This document shows positions 1-12,027 of a stretch of DNA of 64,000 nt, piece by piece (position 1 is the stretch's first letter; each line of letters begins with the position of its first letter). A model generated the notes under the pieces. The model saw only the letters and a program-made list of their open reading frames with translations. It ran no database searches and was not told where the DNA came from. Source of the DNA: an uncultured SAR86 cluster bacterium. Its GTDB lineage: Bacteria; Pseudomonadota; Gammaproteobacteria; Magnimaribacterales; D2472. Made by a program: the position numbers and the translations under genes. The stretch lies in the NCBI GenBank assembly GCA_902511425.1, contig CABXFE010000002.1, positions 1,943 to 65,942 of the forward strand. Direction: 5' to 3'.

Positions 1-2479
<2,479 letters not shown>

Positions 2480-2483
<4 letters not shown>

Positions 2484-2758
2484 ATTTGACCAAAAAAGAC
2501 TTAAGCGCAATATTAAAAAAAGAATTGAGACTTTCAGTTGATATTTCTGAGTCACTAGTTGATGAATTTTTTCAAGCGCTAAAAACAACCCTTAGATCTC
2601 AAAAAAATATTAAGCTATCTGGATTTGGCTCTTTTGAAACATTTATAACAAAAGAAAGAATGGGAAGAAATCCGAAGAGCATGGAGAATTTCAAAATCCC
2701 ATCTCAAAATAAAATTCGCTTTAGCCCAACTTCAAAAGCTAAGTATTTTTTGAACTAA
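2480..2758 (+). CDS. ihfA: integration host factor alpha subunit
   Basis: 92 aa DNABII-fold protein with KLSGFGSFE and GRNPKS arm motifs. The pheST-ihfA synteny matches E. coli, and there is an ATGA overlap with pheT. Confidence 0.85.
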
Positions 2759-2760
2759 AA

Positions 2761-3057
2761 ATGAAGAAACAGGTGCAAAATTTCAATAAATCAGATCTAG
2801 CGATTCATCTTTCAAGAAAGTTCTCATCTTTGAATGATGAAACAATTATTGAAGGAATTGATCTAATGCTGCAGGAAATAATTAATACCGTTGCATTAGA
2901 TAATAGAGTTGAGATAAGAGGATTTGGTTCATTCTCAAAAAAAACCATCAGACCAAGAAAATATATTAACCCTAAGACAAAAGAAGAGTCTTATTTAGGT
3001 GAAACCTCAATTATGCATTTCAAAGCATCTAAGAAGCTCCTGGATGCTCATGATTGA
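2761..3057 (+). CDS. ihfB: integration host factor beta-like DNABII protein
   Basis: 98 aa. VEIRGFGSF matches the IhfB signature RIEIRGFGSF. The arm region is diverged (RPRKYINPKTKEE) but keeps the Pro. The start lies 2 nt after the ihfA stop. Confidence 0.7.
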   Translation: MKKQVQNFNKSDLAIHLSRKFSSLNDETIIEGIDLMLQEIINTVALDNRVEIRGFGSFSKKTIRPRKYINPKTKEESYLGETSIMHFKASKKLLDAHD

Positions 3058-3736
3058 TCCAAGAATAATTGTAGCTATTGATACATTTGATTTTGAAAAG
3101 GCTAATGCAATTTTAGAACAACTAAATCCAAATCTTTGTCTGGTTAAAATCGGAAGCGTTGTTTTTAATGCCCTTGGTAAATCATTTCTTAAGCATGCAT
3201 CTTCTCAAGGATTCAAAATTTTCTTAGATTTAAAATTGCACGATATTCCAAATACTGTTCATGAAACAATTATAGGCTTCAATGACTGCAAAATAGATAT
3301 GCTAACAGTGCACTTATCTGGCGGCGAAGAGATGCTCAGGAAAGCTATGCTTGCAGGTAAATATATTAATACTAAAGTTATAGGGGTATCCATGCTTACA
3401 AGCTTAGAAGAGGAAGATTCATTTGCTTTATTTGATAATAAGCTTGAGGATCAAATAAGCAATTTATTCAAAATTGCAATTAAAGTAAATATAGATGGAA
3501 TTGTTTGTTCGCCCCATGAGCTAAAAATAGCAAATACAATTTTAGGTTCTCATTCAATAAAAATTACACCAGGTATTAGGGATATAAAAGTAGAAGATGA
3601 TCAAGCAAGAACCATGAGCGCTAAAGAAGCGATTGCTAAGGGCTCTACATTTTTAGTTATTGGCAGACCAATTACTGAAGCAGAAAATATTTCTCAAGCT
3701 TTACAGAATTTTAATAATTCCATTTATGAAAAATAG
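3050..3736 (+). CDS. pyrF: orotidine 5'-phosphate decarboxylase
   Basis: Motifs IIVAID, VKIG, FLDLKLHDIPNTV and LVIGRPIT. I chose ATG 3050 (MIDPRIIVAID), which overlaps the ihfB stop. The track ORF starts at 3001-frame ATG 2999, inside ihfB. Confidence 0.9.
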   Translation: MIDPRIIVAIDTFDFEKANAILEQLNPNLCLVKIGSVVFNALGKSFLKHASSQGFKIFLDLKLHDIPNTVHETIIGFNDCKIDMLTVHLSGGEEMLRKAMLAGKYINTKVIGVSMLTSLEEEDSFALFDNKLEDQISNLFKIAIKVNIDGIVCSPHELKIANTILGSHSIKITPGIRDIKVEDDQARTMSAKEAIAKGSTFLVIGRPITEAENISQALQNFNNSIYEK

Positions 3737-5093
3737 ATCTACTAAAAGTATTTTTCTTGATCTCAAGAAACTTTCAAAGTCTAATAATGGCAAACAAAAA
3801 CTATCCTTTAAGTTTGAATCTGAGCTTTTAGATTATCACCCCCATTTTAAGAGCTTCTCTTCTCAGCACTATAAATTATTTGAAGAACTGGCACATAAAT
3901 TGAATCTTCAAGACTCCATTAATGATCTCTTTAATGGGGAGATTGTAAACAAGACAGAAAATAGACAAGCTTTACATCATCAATATCGTAATAATCAAGC
4001 AGCCTCAGAATTTGATTTTAAAAAAATTACAGAACCTTTTATCAAAAGGATTAAAAAAGATGGGTTTAAGAATATTATTACTTTTGGAATTGGCGGCTCC
4101 TATGAAGGGCCAAAATTGCTTCAAGAATTTACAAACAAGGAATCACTTAAATTTAATTATTATTTTGTATCTGGGCCTGACAAGGATGAGTTTAATTCAA
4201 TATTAAAACCTATAAGTGATCAAAAGAATTTTTATATTTTTTCATCTAAATCACTGTCAACAGATGAAACTCTTGCGTGCTTAAGATGGCTGGGTAAAAA
4301 AAGAAATTCAACTAATTCAATAGTAATTACGGCCAATATAGAAAAAGCAAAAATTCTGGGTTTTAATGAAAATTGCATTGTCTCATTTCCAGAAACAGTA
4401 GGAGGTAGATATTCAATTTGGTCGCCTATCTCACTGAGTGCGGCGTTGGAAAATAATTTCTCTAAATTTTTAAAGGGCGGCCTTTCTGCAGATAAAATGC
4501 TCCTAGGAAGTACAAAAATAGATCTGCAATATCAAAAATTTATTAAAATATTAGCATTTTCAGATTTGTGGTTTAGCAACTTTTTAAATAAAAAAAATAG
4601 AGTGGTTCTCTCTTACAATTGGAAATTGCGATCCCTACAAAGCTATATTCAGCAACTTGAGATGGAGTCACTTGGAAAGAAGGCAAATCCTAAATCTATA
4701 TTTAAAGAAACAGGTCAGTCAATATTCGGAGGTTTTGGATCCACTGCACAGCACTCATATTTTCAATTATTGCATCAGGGCACTGCGGAATTCTGTACCG
4801 ATATTATTTACTCAACCTCAACCAATAGCCCATTATCAAGCGCTCAAGCAAAAGGACAGGCTTCTTTGCTATCCTCAGATCCTAAAGGACCTTCTCATTT
4901 TCTAGAAAAAACAAATAGTAATTCCCCAGTTAACCTTTTTCATATAAACAAACTGTCACTTGAAGCGCTCGGCTTTTTATTAGCAACATGGGAACATCGA
5001 GTTTTTATAGCATCATGCATGCTTCAAATTAATCCATTTGATCAATATGGAGTGGCTGCAGGAAAACTTATCGCAAAAAAATTTCTTAGTTAA
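3726..5093 (+). CDS. pgi: glucose-6-phosphate isomerase, short form
   Basis: Motifs GIGGSYEGPKLL, SKSLSTDETL, GGRYSIWS, LEMESLGK and STAQHSYFQLLHQGT. The start at ATG 3726 (MKNRSTKS) overlaps the pyrF end by 11 nt. The track ORF start 3660 lies inside pyrF. Confidence 0.88.
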   Translation: MKNRSTKSIFLDLKKLSKSNNGKQKLSFKFESELLDYHPHFKSFSSQHYKLFEELAHKLNLQDSINDLFNGEIVNKTENRQALHHQYRNNQAASEFDFKKITEPFIKRIKKDGFKNIITFGIGGSYEGPKLLQEFTNKESLKFNYYFVSGPDKDEFNSILKPISDQKNFYIFSSKSLSTDETLACLRWLGKKRNSTNSIVITANIEKAKILGFNENCIVSFPETVGGRYSIWSPISLSAALENNFSKFLKGGLSADKMLLGSTKIDLQYQKFIKILAFSDLWFSNFLNKKNRVVLSYNWKLRSLQSYIQQLEMESLGKKANPKSIFKETGQSIFGGFGSTAQHSYFQLLHQGTAEFCTDIIYSTSTNSPLSSAQAKGQASLLSSDPKGPSHFLEKTNSNSPVNLFHINKLSLEALGFLLATWEHRVFIASCMLQINPFDQYGVAAGKLIAKKFLS

Positions 5094-6874
5094 TGACGTT
5101 GGATTTAAAGCAAGTACCCAATACTCCTGGAATATACAAATTTTTTTCAAACAATAAAATTATATATATTGGCAAAGCAAAGGATTTAAGAAAAAGAGTA
5201 TCTTCATATTTTGGTAAATCTTTTAAAGATAGAAAAACTCATCAAATTAAAATCCTTACAGATAAGATTGAAACTTTTTCTACGAATACTGAAGCTGAGG
5301 CTCTTCTTTTAGAACAATCATTAATTAAGGAGAACTTACCTCGATTCAATATACTCCTGCGTGATGATAAAACATATCCATATGTTCATTTTTCAATGGA
5401 GCATAAATATCCAAGTATAAGCATGAAGCGATCAAAGCATGCTGTTTCAAAAAACTATTTTGGCCCTTTTATCAGTGCTCAAGCTGTAAAAGCAACAATT
5501 AAAGATTTGCAGAAAATTTATCAAATTCGAAATTGTAGTGATTCCACCTTTAATAATAGATCTAGACCATGTATTGAACATCAAATGCAACGATGCTCTG
5601 CTCCTTGCGTCAATTTTATTTCCGAGATTAGCTATCAAGGAGATATTAAGTCTTCGCAATATTACTTATCTTCTTCCGGAAAAAAAACTAAATCATTAAT
5701 GATTTCTCAGATGCGGAAACTTGCAGAGCAGCAAGATTTTGAAAGAGCTCAGGAGATCAAAAAAAGAATTAAAAGCTTAGATCTGTTGCAGCAAGAGCAA
5801 TCATTTAATAGTTCCCTAATTAGCATTGATTTATTTGCATGTGTTTCTAAGCTTGATAGAACAGGAATATGCATTCTATCAGTCAGGGATGGGAAGATTA
5901 GAGGAACTAAAACACATTATCTAAAGGGGAATCAGTTAATTGATATTGATAGGTTATTGCAAAGTTTGATCTTCTCATATTATCAAAATAGTTTTTCTCT
6001 GCCTGAGAAGATTATTTTAAATACTAAGCCCCATAATATTGCTTTAATTAAGCAAGCTGTAAAATTAAAATTTGGAAAACAGGTTTCTATCTCAACAAGT
6101 ATCAATTCAGACATTAGGAAAGTTGCTAAATTGGGTAAATTAAATGCTAATCAAGTTATCGAAAATCGAGTTAATCAATCTGATAAATATTCGTTTGCCT
6201 TAAAAGATCTAATCTCAAACTTATCTTTATCTAAAGATGACATAACAATAGAAGGATTTGATGTCAGTCATCATAGCGGCCAGAATGCCGTTGCTTCGGC
6301 AATAAGGTTTTCTTCTAATGGGCCAGATAAAAAAAATTACAGGCTTTTCAACATACCTAAAGAATTATCAGGAAATGATGTTGGTTCAATGAGGAATGTT
6401 CTTCAGAGAAGAATTAACAAAGAAAGCACTAATCCACTGCCAGACATTTTACTAATTGATGGAGGTAAGCTGCAGCTGGAGGCAGCATTGAGCGCATTTT
6501 CAATTTTAAAAAAAAATGCACCAATGATTCTCAGTATTGCGAAGGGGTCAAAAAGGATTAGATCCACTGAAACAATACTATCTAAGGATGGGATTATAGA
6601 AATGTCAAAAGATAGCCCAGGTTTTTTACTGCTTCAACAAATTCGTGATGAGTCACACAGATTTGCTATTTCCGCCAATAGAAAGAAGAAGTCTAAAGGA
6701 ATCAAATTTTCTGTTTTAGATCAAGTGTATGGATTGGGGCCTAAAAAAAAGCAGAATCTTATCAGTTACTTCAAATCCCTAAAAAAAATTCAGGACGCAA
6801 CAATAGATGAATTATGTATCGTTCCTGGAATTAGTATTACACTAGCAAATGAAATAAAAAAACTATTTAGATAA
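5093..6874 (+). CDS. uvrC: excinuclease ABC subunit C
   Basis: N-terminal GIY-YIG domain (GIYKFFSNNKIIYIGKAKDLRKRVSSYF), a UVR-like EQQDFERAQEIKKRI, and a C-terminal RNaseH-like/HhH region. TAATG overlap with pgi. Confidence 0.93.
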   Translation: MTLDLKQVPNTPGIYKFFSNNKIIYIGKAKDLRKRVSSYFGKSFKDRKTHQIKILTDKIETFSTNTEAEALLLEQSLIKENLPRFNILLRDDKTYPYVHFSMEHKYPSISMKRSKHAVSKNYFGPFISAQAVKATIKDLQKIYQIRNCSDSTFNNRSRPCIEHQMQRCSAPCVNFISEISYQGDIKSSQYYLSSSGKKTKSLMISQMRKLAEQQDFERAQEIKKRIKSLDLLQQEQSFNSSLISIDLFACVSKLDRTGICILSVRDGKIRGTKTHYLKGNQLIDIDRLLQSLIFSYYQNSFSLPEKIILNTKPHNIALIKQAVKLKFGKQVSISTSINSDIRKVAKLGKLNANQVIENRVNQSDKYSFALKDLISNLSLSKDDITIEGFDVSHHSGQNAVASAIRFSSNGPDKKNYRLFNIPKELSGNDVGSMRNVLQRRINKESTNPLPDILLIDGGKLQLEAALSAFSILKKNAPMILSIAKGSKRIRSTETILSKDGIIEMSKDSPGFLLLQQIRDESHRFAISANRKKKSKGIKFSVLDQVYGLGPKKKQNLISYFKSLKKIQDATIDELCIVPGISITLANEIKKLFR

Positions 6875-7426
6875 ATGTTTTACTTAATACAAGGTCTTAC
6901 AATTTTTAGAATTTTTTCAGGGCCTGTTCTTTTGGTTTTGATAAGCATTTTTAATAGCTACAGCCTCGCACTTTTTATATTTTTTTTAGCAGCAATTTCA
7001 GATTATTTTGATGGCTACTTTGCTCGAAAATTTAATTTAGAATCCGAATTTGGATCTATTATCGATCCTATTGCAGATAAAATTTTAATTATTTTTATGA
7101 TTTTGGCTATTCAAATTAATACAAATAGCATCTATTTTGGGTTATTGGGAGGCTTTATTCTTGCAAGAGAGTTTTGGGTTGCTGCTCTGCGTGATCGAAA
7201 TTCTAGACAAGGTTTAAGTAGCTTGACGACAGTTACATTTATTGCAAAACTGAAAACAACTTTTCAATTACTGGCTTTACTTCTTTACCTTCTTTATTTC
7301 AAAACAAATAATAATTTAATTTTTATGATTGCGGATCTTACATTTTTTATTGCATTCTTGATGACTATCAAAAGTGGATTGGATTACACACTAAGATCGT
7401 TTAAGGCAAGTAATAATTCAACATAG
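6875..7426 (+). CDS. pgsA: CDP-diacylglycerol--glycerol-3-phosphate 3-phosphatidyltransferase
   Basis: CDP-alcohol phosphatidyltransferase motif DYFDGYFARKFNLESEFGSIIDPIADK, multiple TM segments, and uvrC-pgsA synteny. The start is immediately after the uvrC stop. Confidence 0.9.
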   Translation: MFYLIQGLTIFRIFSGPVLLVLISIFNSYSLALFIFFLAAISDYFDGYFARKFNLESEFGSIIDPIADKILIIFMILAIQINTNSIYFGLLGGFILAREFWVAALRDRNSRQGLSSLTTVTFIAKLKTTFQLLALLLYLLYFKTNNNLIFMIADLTFFIAFLMTIKSGLDYTLRSFKASNNST

Positions 7427-8095
7427 ATCTTTAATTCTCTTACTATAATAATCGTAGCATTGTTTAAGTAGGTCAATATCTGGTTCCTCATCTACATCCA
7501 CGCCTTGAAAACGATCAATTATATATCCTGTTTTATTTTCGAGGTCTTTGCTAGAGAACCATTCTTTTTTATATATATAAAATTGACCTGTGTTGTAATA
7601 ATTATCCTCTAGATCTTGAGATCTAATTAATTCTGCTCCAGGGTGATTTGAAATTAATATATTGTCATGCAACTTGAACGTCCATTCAATTGGTGACGGA
7701 AGTTTAGCAACACTAATCATCCTCAATGATTGAGATTTTTTGAACTGATTGATTGCATTATGGATTGTATCAGGATCAATGCAAATTGAATGAGGGTATA
7801 GATGCAATATGAAATCATATTCCATGAGATGCTCACGCTGATGCCAAGAAAGTAAATCAATCACAGTAGAAAAGTCATCTGAGAAATTAGAACCCCTTTC
7901 AAGAAATTTAGCCCCATTTATCTTGTTAAAGAAGTATTCATCATCTGTAGATATGAAAATAGTATCTGCAACCTGAGACCTTTGAATATTGTTAACTACT
8001 TTTTGCAGACAAAGTTGGTTATTAATTTTTAGTCTATTTTTATGCTTAATTCTTTTGCTATTTTTTCTTGCTGGAACAAATGCTGCTACTTTCAT
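7418..8095 (-). CDS. acylneuraminate (nonulosonate) cytidylyltransferase family protein
   Basis: The N-terminus VAAFVPARKNSKRIKHKN matches the NeuA/PseF-type ARxxSKRxxxKN signature. It is the last gene of a minus-strand neuB-GT2-neuA-like operon. Its 3' end overlaps the pgsA 3' end by 9 bp. Confidence 0.75.
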   Translation of the reverse strand: MKVAAFVPARKNSKRIKHKNRLKINNQLCLQKVVNNIQRSQVADTIFISTDDEYFFNKINGAKFLERGSNFSDDFSTVIDLLSWHQREHLMEYDFILHLYPHSICIDPDTIHNAINQFKKSQSLRMISVAKLPSPIEWTFKLHDNILISNHPGAELIRSQDLEDNYYNTGQFYIYKKEWFSSKDLENKTGYIIDRFQGVDVDEEPDIDLLKQCYDYYSKRIKDLC

Positions 8096-8727
8096 TTTAA
8101 TTTTCTCATTCTTAAGATATACATTAGCAAACTCATTACCAACATAAAGTTAACCTTGATATTATTTCCAAGTCTAGAACCTACTCTTGAGTTTAGTTTA
8201 ATTTCAAGATTTAGAATACTTTCAGGCTTGATATGAGATAAAACTAATAAATCAATACCAAAATCAATTAAACTTCTTTCATTAAAGTCCTCAACGTAAC
8301 CAAGCTTTAACCCACACATAAAATCAAAAATTCCATATTTTTTTTTGAAAAAAGCGTTAACAATTTTTTCACCAAGTCTTTTTGGATTAGTTCTAAACCC
8401 GCAGCACAGCCTATATTGATCTGAAAGTTTAATAATTTTATTTACTGATGTCGCATCAATTTCATTATCACCATCAACTATCAGAAATTGAGTGTATTCG
8501 TTATCTTTTAAAAATCTTAAACCAGCTTTAAGTGTTTTAGAGTAACCCGGTGAATTAATATCAATGACATTGCAGCTGCATTGTTTGGCTATTCTTTTTG
8601 TATTGTCAACAGAATTATTATTTAAAACAAATACATTTTCAGGTGCTATACCAGCGCTAAATAATCCCTCAAGAACTTTGTGAATATTCTCTTCTTCGTT
8701 CAATGCGGGAACAAGCACTCCTAACAT
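8092..8727 (-). CDS. small family-2 glycosyltransferase-like protein
   Basis: Motifs VLVPALNEEENI and LIVDGDNE (DxD), with a C-terminal hydrophobic tail. It has 4-nt and 7-nt overlaps with its neighbours. Confidence 0.55.
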   Translation of the reverse strand: MLGVLVPALNEEENIHKVLEGLFSAGIAPENVFVLNNNSVDNTKRIAKQCSCNVIDINSPGYSKTLKAGLRFLKDNEYTQFLIVDGDNEIDATSVNKIIKLSDQYRLCCGFRTNPKRLGEKIVNAFFKKKYGIFDFMCGLKLGYVEDFNERSLIDFGIDLLVLSHIKPESILNLEIKLNSRVGSRLGNNIKVNFMLVMSLLMYILRMRKLK

Positions 8728-9782
8728 ATATCATCTTTTAGAATGCTCTCACCGGCATGCTTATCGTTATTTAAGATCTTTCCAACTACTAAATCTTTTT
8801 CAAAAGGATGAAAGCTATTTTTTGGACATGGGCGCAAGAATTCAATATTATCCTCCTCAATTTTTTGACCCTTTGTGAGGCTTCTTTTGATTGTGATAGA
8901 TCGTCTTTGCACGATAAAAGCATTTTTTTCATTTTCCTCAACTTTCTTGACTCCATCTCCTAGTGTTTCAAACACTTCATTTCCCATATCAACCATTTGC
9001 CTCCAGGTGGTTGGATTTAGTGCAAACTTATGATCAGGACCTTCTCTGTCATTATCATCTGTAAAATGTTTTTCAATAACTCTTGAGCCAATAGCAATGG
9101 AGCCCAAAACTGATCCATGCCCTAAAGTGTGATCTGATAATCCAAGAACAATATTTGGAAATTTTTCTTTATATTTGTTTAATACATTAATATTTACAAA
9201 TTTATGTTTATTTTTTTCAAGAGTATAGTTAGTGTTGCATTGCATTAAGACCAACCTATCGTTTGGAATAATACTAACAGCCCTCATCACATCATCCATA
9301 GATGCTGCTCCAGTTGCTAATATAAGTGGCTTTGATTTTGAATCCATATATTTGATTAAATCAATCCAAGTTATGTCTCCTGAACCAATCTTATAAAAGT
9401 TTACATATTCATCCACCTCATCAATAGCTTGATAATCATATGGAGAAGTTGAGAATTCTATTTCGGCCTTTTGACACTCAAGATAAATTTCTTCTGTCCA
9501 TTCCCTCTTAAAGTGATATTGATCATAAATCTCAGAAACTGATTTTTTCCAAGATGACTGATGTGTTTTCAATGATTCTAACTTTTGAAACTCAACATCA
9601 TTCACTATTTTGTCGGCTAAAAAATGTTGAAATTTTGCACAATCTGCACCTGCTTCTTTAGCATGCCATACTAAATCTTTTGCACGCGAAAGATCCCCAT
9701 CATGATTTGCAGCAATATCGGCAATGAAATAGGGAGGGTGCTCAATGCCAACTGCTTTTCTTCCAAGCTTTAAATCACTCAT
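8721..9782 (-). CDS. N-acylneuraminate/pseudaminate/legionaminate synthase family protein (NeuB paralog 1)
   Basis: FIADIAANHDGDLSRAKDLVWHAKEAGADCAKFQ is the NeuB-family N-terminal signature. Also LGLSDHTLG, and a C-terminal SAF-like segment (FLRPCPKNSFHPFEKDLVVGKIL). Confidence 0.85.
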   Translation of the reverse strand: MSDLKLGRKAVGIEHPPYFIADIAANHDGDLSRAKDLVWHAKEAGADCAKFQHFLADKIVNDVEFQKLESLKTHQSSWKKSVSEIYDQYHFKREWTEEIYLECQKAEIEFSTSPYDYQAIDEVDEYVNFYKIGSGDITWIDLIKYMDSKSKPLILATGAASMDDVMRAVSIIPNDRLVLMQCNTNYTLEKNKHKFVNINVLNKYKEKFPNIVLGLSDHTLGHGSVLGSIAIGSRVIEKHFTDDNDREGPDHKFALNPTTWRQMVDMGNEVFETLGDGVKKVEENEKNAFIVQRRSITIKRSLTKGQKIEEDNIEFLRPCPKNSFHPFEKDLVVGKILNNDKHAGESILKDDIC

Positions 9783-9840
9783 ATATCAATCCCTCATTAT
9801 TATTTTCATACCATTCATTATTCTTTAACAACATTATAGT

Positions 9841-10725
9841 ATGATCAACTACAATTTTATTATGCTAACAAAAATATTATTGCTTGGATCCTCTGGAATG
9901 TTGGGATCATATATTTCAAGAAATCTAAAAATAGATGGCGTAGAACTTATTCTTGCATCACGAGAGTCTATTGATGACTTTGACTTTAACAAACCTGATA
10001 AGGTTATAACTTTTATCAAAAGTGTAAAACCGGCAATAATAATTAATGCAGTTGCCTGTATCTCCTTAGATTTTTGCGAGAATAACCCTGTATTATCCCA
10101 CCAAGTTAACTCCATTACACCTGGAGTTATCTCGCAATATTGTAAAAATAATAAAATTTACTTTATTCATATTTCTACAGATCACTTTTTCTTTGGCAAT
10201 AAGGATAAAAAACATTCTGAGAACTCAACAGTATCAATAGTCAATCAGTATGCAGCATCAAAATTTGAGGCTGAAAATAGAATACTTAAAAATAAAGAAG
10301 CATTAATTTTAAGGACTTCAATCATAGGAAGAACAAGCAAAAATAAATCTTTTCTTGACTGGGCAATAAATCAGATTGAATCTATGCAAAATATTAACCT
10401 ATTTGATGATTCATATTCCTCGTTTATGCATTGCAAACAATTTGTATCTCTTTTAAAGATTTTAATTTTGAAGAAAGCTTCGGGACTATATAATGTTGCT
10501 TCTTCTGACGTTTTTTCAAAAGCCGACTTTGTAATCAAACTTGCCTCTCTAATGAATATTAAAATTACTTATCAATTAACATCAGTTAATAACTTAAAAA
10601 TTAAACGAGCTAACTCATGCGGCCTAGATACAAAAAAACTTATTAATGAATATAAAATTGAATGTCCAAGTTTTGATGAGGTGGTAAACTGCTCCTTTAA
10701 TGAATTAAAGCAGAGCAAGGATTAA
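9841..10725 (+). CDS. RmlD-like NAD(P)-dependent sugar-nucleotide reductase/epimerase
   Basis: Rossmann motif ILLLGSSGMLGSYI and YAASKFEAE (YxxxK). The length and layout resemble dTDP-4-dehydrorhamnose reductase. The alternative start ATG 9862 (MLTKILLLG) is equally plausible. Confidence 0.65.
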   Translation: MINYNFIMLTKILLLGSSGMLGSYISRNLKIDGVELILASRESIDDFDFNKPDKVITFIKSVKPAIIINAVACISLDFCENNPVLSHQVNSITPGVISQYCKNNKIYFIHISTDHFFFGNKDKKHSENSTVSIVNQYAASKFEAENRILKNKEALILRTSIIGRTSKNKSFLDWAINQIESMQNINLFDDSYSSFMHCKQFVSLLKILILKKASGLYNVASSDVFSKADFVIKLASLMNIKITYQLTSVNNLKIKRANSCGLDTKKLINEYKIECPSFDEVVNCSFNELKQSKD

Positions 10726-10728
10726 AAA

Positions 10729-10890
10729 ATGTATTCATTTTTAAAAAGTATCCTAAGTTATTTAGGAAGCCGACTTCCTGTATTTGTTAAAAATCGCATT
10801 CTCCTTTTAAATGATGCATCCATTTCTACTTTTTTTAATACAGGCAAAAAGTCTTCAACCAATGAGCCCGAAACCTTTTTAAAAAAATGA
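10729..10890 (+). other. 53-codon ORF fragment, probably the 5' part of the downstream methyltransferase gene, separated by a 1-nt frameshift in a T5A7 tract
   Basis: ATG 10729 lies 3 nt after the upstream stop. This frame ends at TGA 10888-10890, directly after A7 (10881-10887). The downstream gene's frame is open from 10883. Confidence 0.45.
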
Positions 10891-10945
10891 CGGCTCACTG
10901 TTATATTTAGAAGATGGCTATCGTTGGTCAGTAAAAAAAGGTTGG

Positions 10946-11941
10946 ATGTTTTTTCCTGAGTTACTAGCCTTTCATAAGCTTTCACTAATGAATGTATTAA
11001 GAGATACAGACCTTAAATTTTTTCAAAGCTGTATTGGTAAAAAAACTATTGAGATTCATCCAGATGAAATAAATAAGCAATATAGAAAAGTTGCTTCCTC
11101 CTATTCCAAGCATCTGATCAGTTTAGAAGAAAATGATCCCATTTTAGTTATTCCTACAGATAATGAAAATAAAACACGTATAAATTCTTTCTATAGAAGA
11201 TATAAATCTACATTCGACATATTAAAAAATAATCTCCAACTCGATATTGTTAAAAACGATAAAATTCTTGAGATTGGATATGAAAGTGGCGGCCATTCTT
11301 TGTTTGCATTAGAAAAACTTGGCTTTCATGTTACCGGTATCGATAACGGTTACTCAGGACTTCGCTCAGTTTCATTGCTACCTGAGAAAATAAAAAAATC
11401 TATACAAAGCAATGCCCAGTTCGTCATTGGAGACATAACAAAAAAAACAAGCTTTAATTCCGAAAATTTTTCTGCTATCAATTCGATTGCAGTGCTTGAG
11501 CATATTTTGGATTTACCATCCGCCTTCCAAGAAATGTATCGAATTTTAAAGCCTGGTGGAATTATCATTCATAGTTATGATCCATATTTTCACCCCGCAG
11601 GCGGTCATGGATTGGGAGTTCTTGATATGCCATGGGGACACCTTCAAGTTAGTCCAGATGAATATGAACGATACATTAAGGAGTTTAGACCTTTTGAAAT
11701 TGATCAAGCTATTAACTGGTATAAAAATGGAGTACATAAAAAATATCCTAAGCGCTTAATGATGCAGTTAGTATTAGATTCTGGATTCAAGATACTGTTC
11801 TGGAATACTCGTAAAATAAACAAGCATCAAAGGTCAAGAATTGGCAATGGCTTAATGAGGAATGTGTTTAAAAATTATCCTGAGATTTCATTTGATGATC
11901 TCTTAGCCTGCGAACATACATTTATAGCTCAAAAAATTTAG
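10946..11941 (+). CDS. class I SAM-dependent methyltransferase (possibly 5'-truncated by a frameshift)
   Basis: Motif I ILEIGYESGGHSLFALEKLGFHVTGIDN, plus later LKPGGIII. The frame is open upstream to 10883. Confidence 0.75.
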   Translation: MFFPELLAFHKLSLMNVLRDTDLKFFQSCIGKKTIEIHPDEINKQYRKVASSYSKHLISLEENDPILVIPTDNENKTRINSFYRRYKSTFDILKNNLQLDIVKNDKILEIGYESGGHSLFALEKLGFHVTGIDNGYSGLRSVSLLPEKIKKSIQSNAQFVIGDITKKTSFNSENFSAINSIAVLEHILDLPSAFQEMYRILKPGGIIIHSYDPYFHPAGGHGLGVLDMPWGHLQVSPDEYERYIKEFRPFEIDQAINWYKNGVHKKYPKRLMMQLVLDSGFKILFWNTRKINKHQRSRIGNGLMRNVFKNYPEISFDDLLACEHTFIAQKI

Positions 11942-12027
11942 CTTCATTCCTAAATACTCAAGTTAGGATAGAGTCTCCAGCATGATAAGATTTCATTTTC
12001 AATCAAGGATATAATATTGAGTTTAAT

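Noticed and set aside
10758-10985. 75-aa minus-strand ORF in the gap upstream of the methyltransferase.
   Set aside because: It lies on the strand opposite the surrounding operon and has no start context. The plus-strand split-ORF explanation accounts for the gap better.
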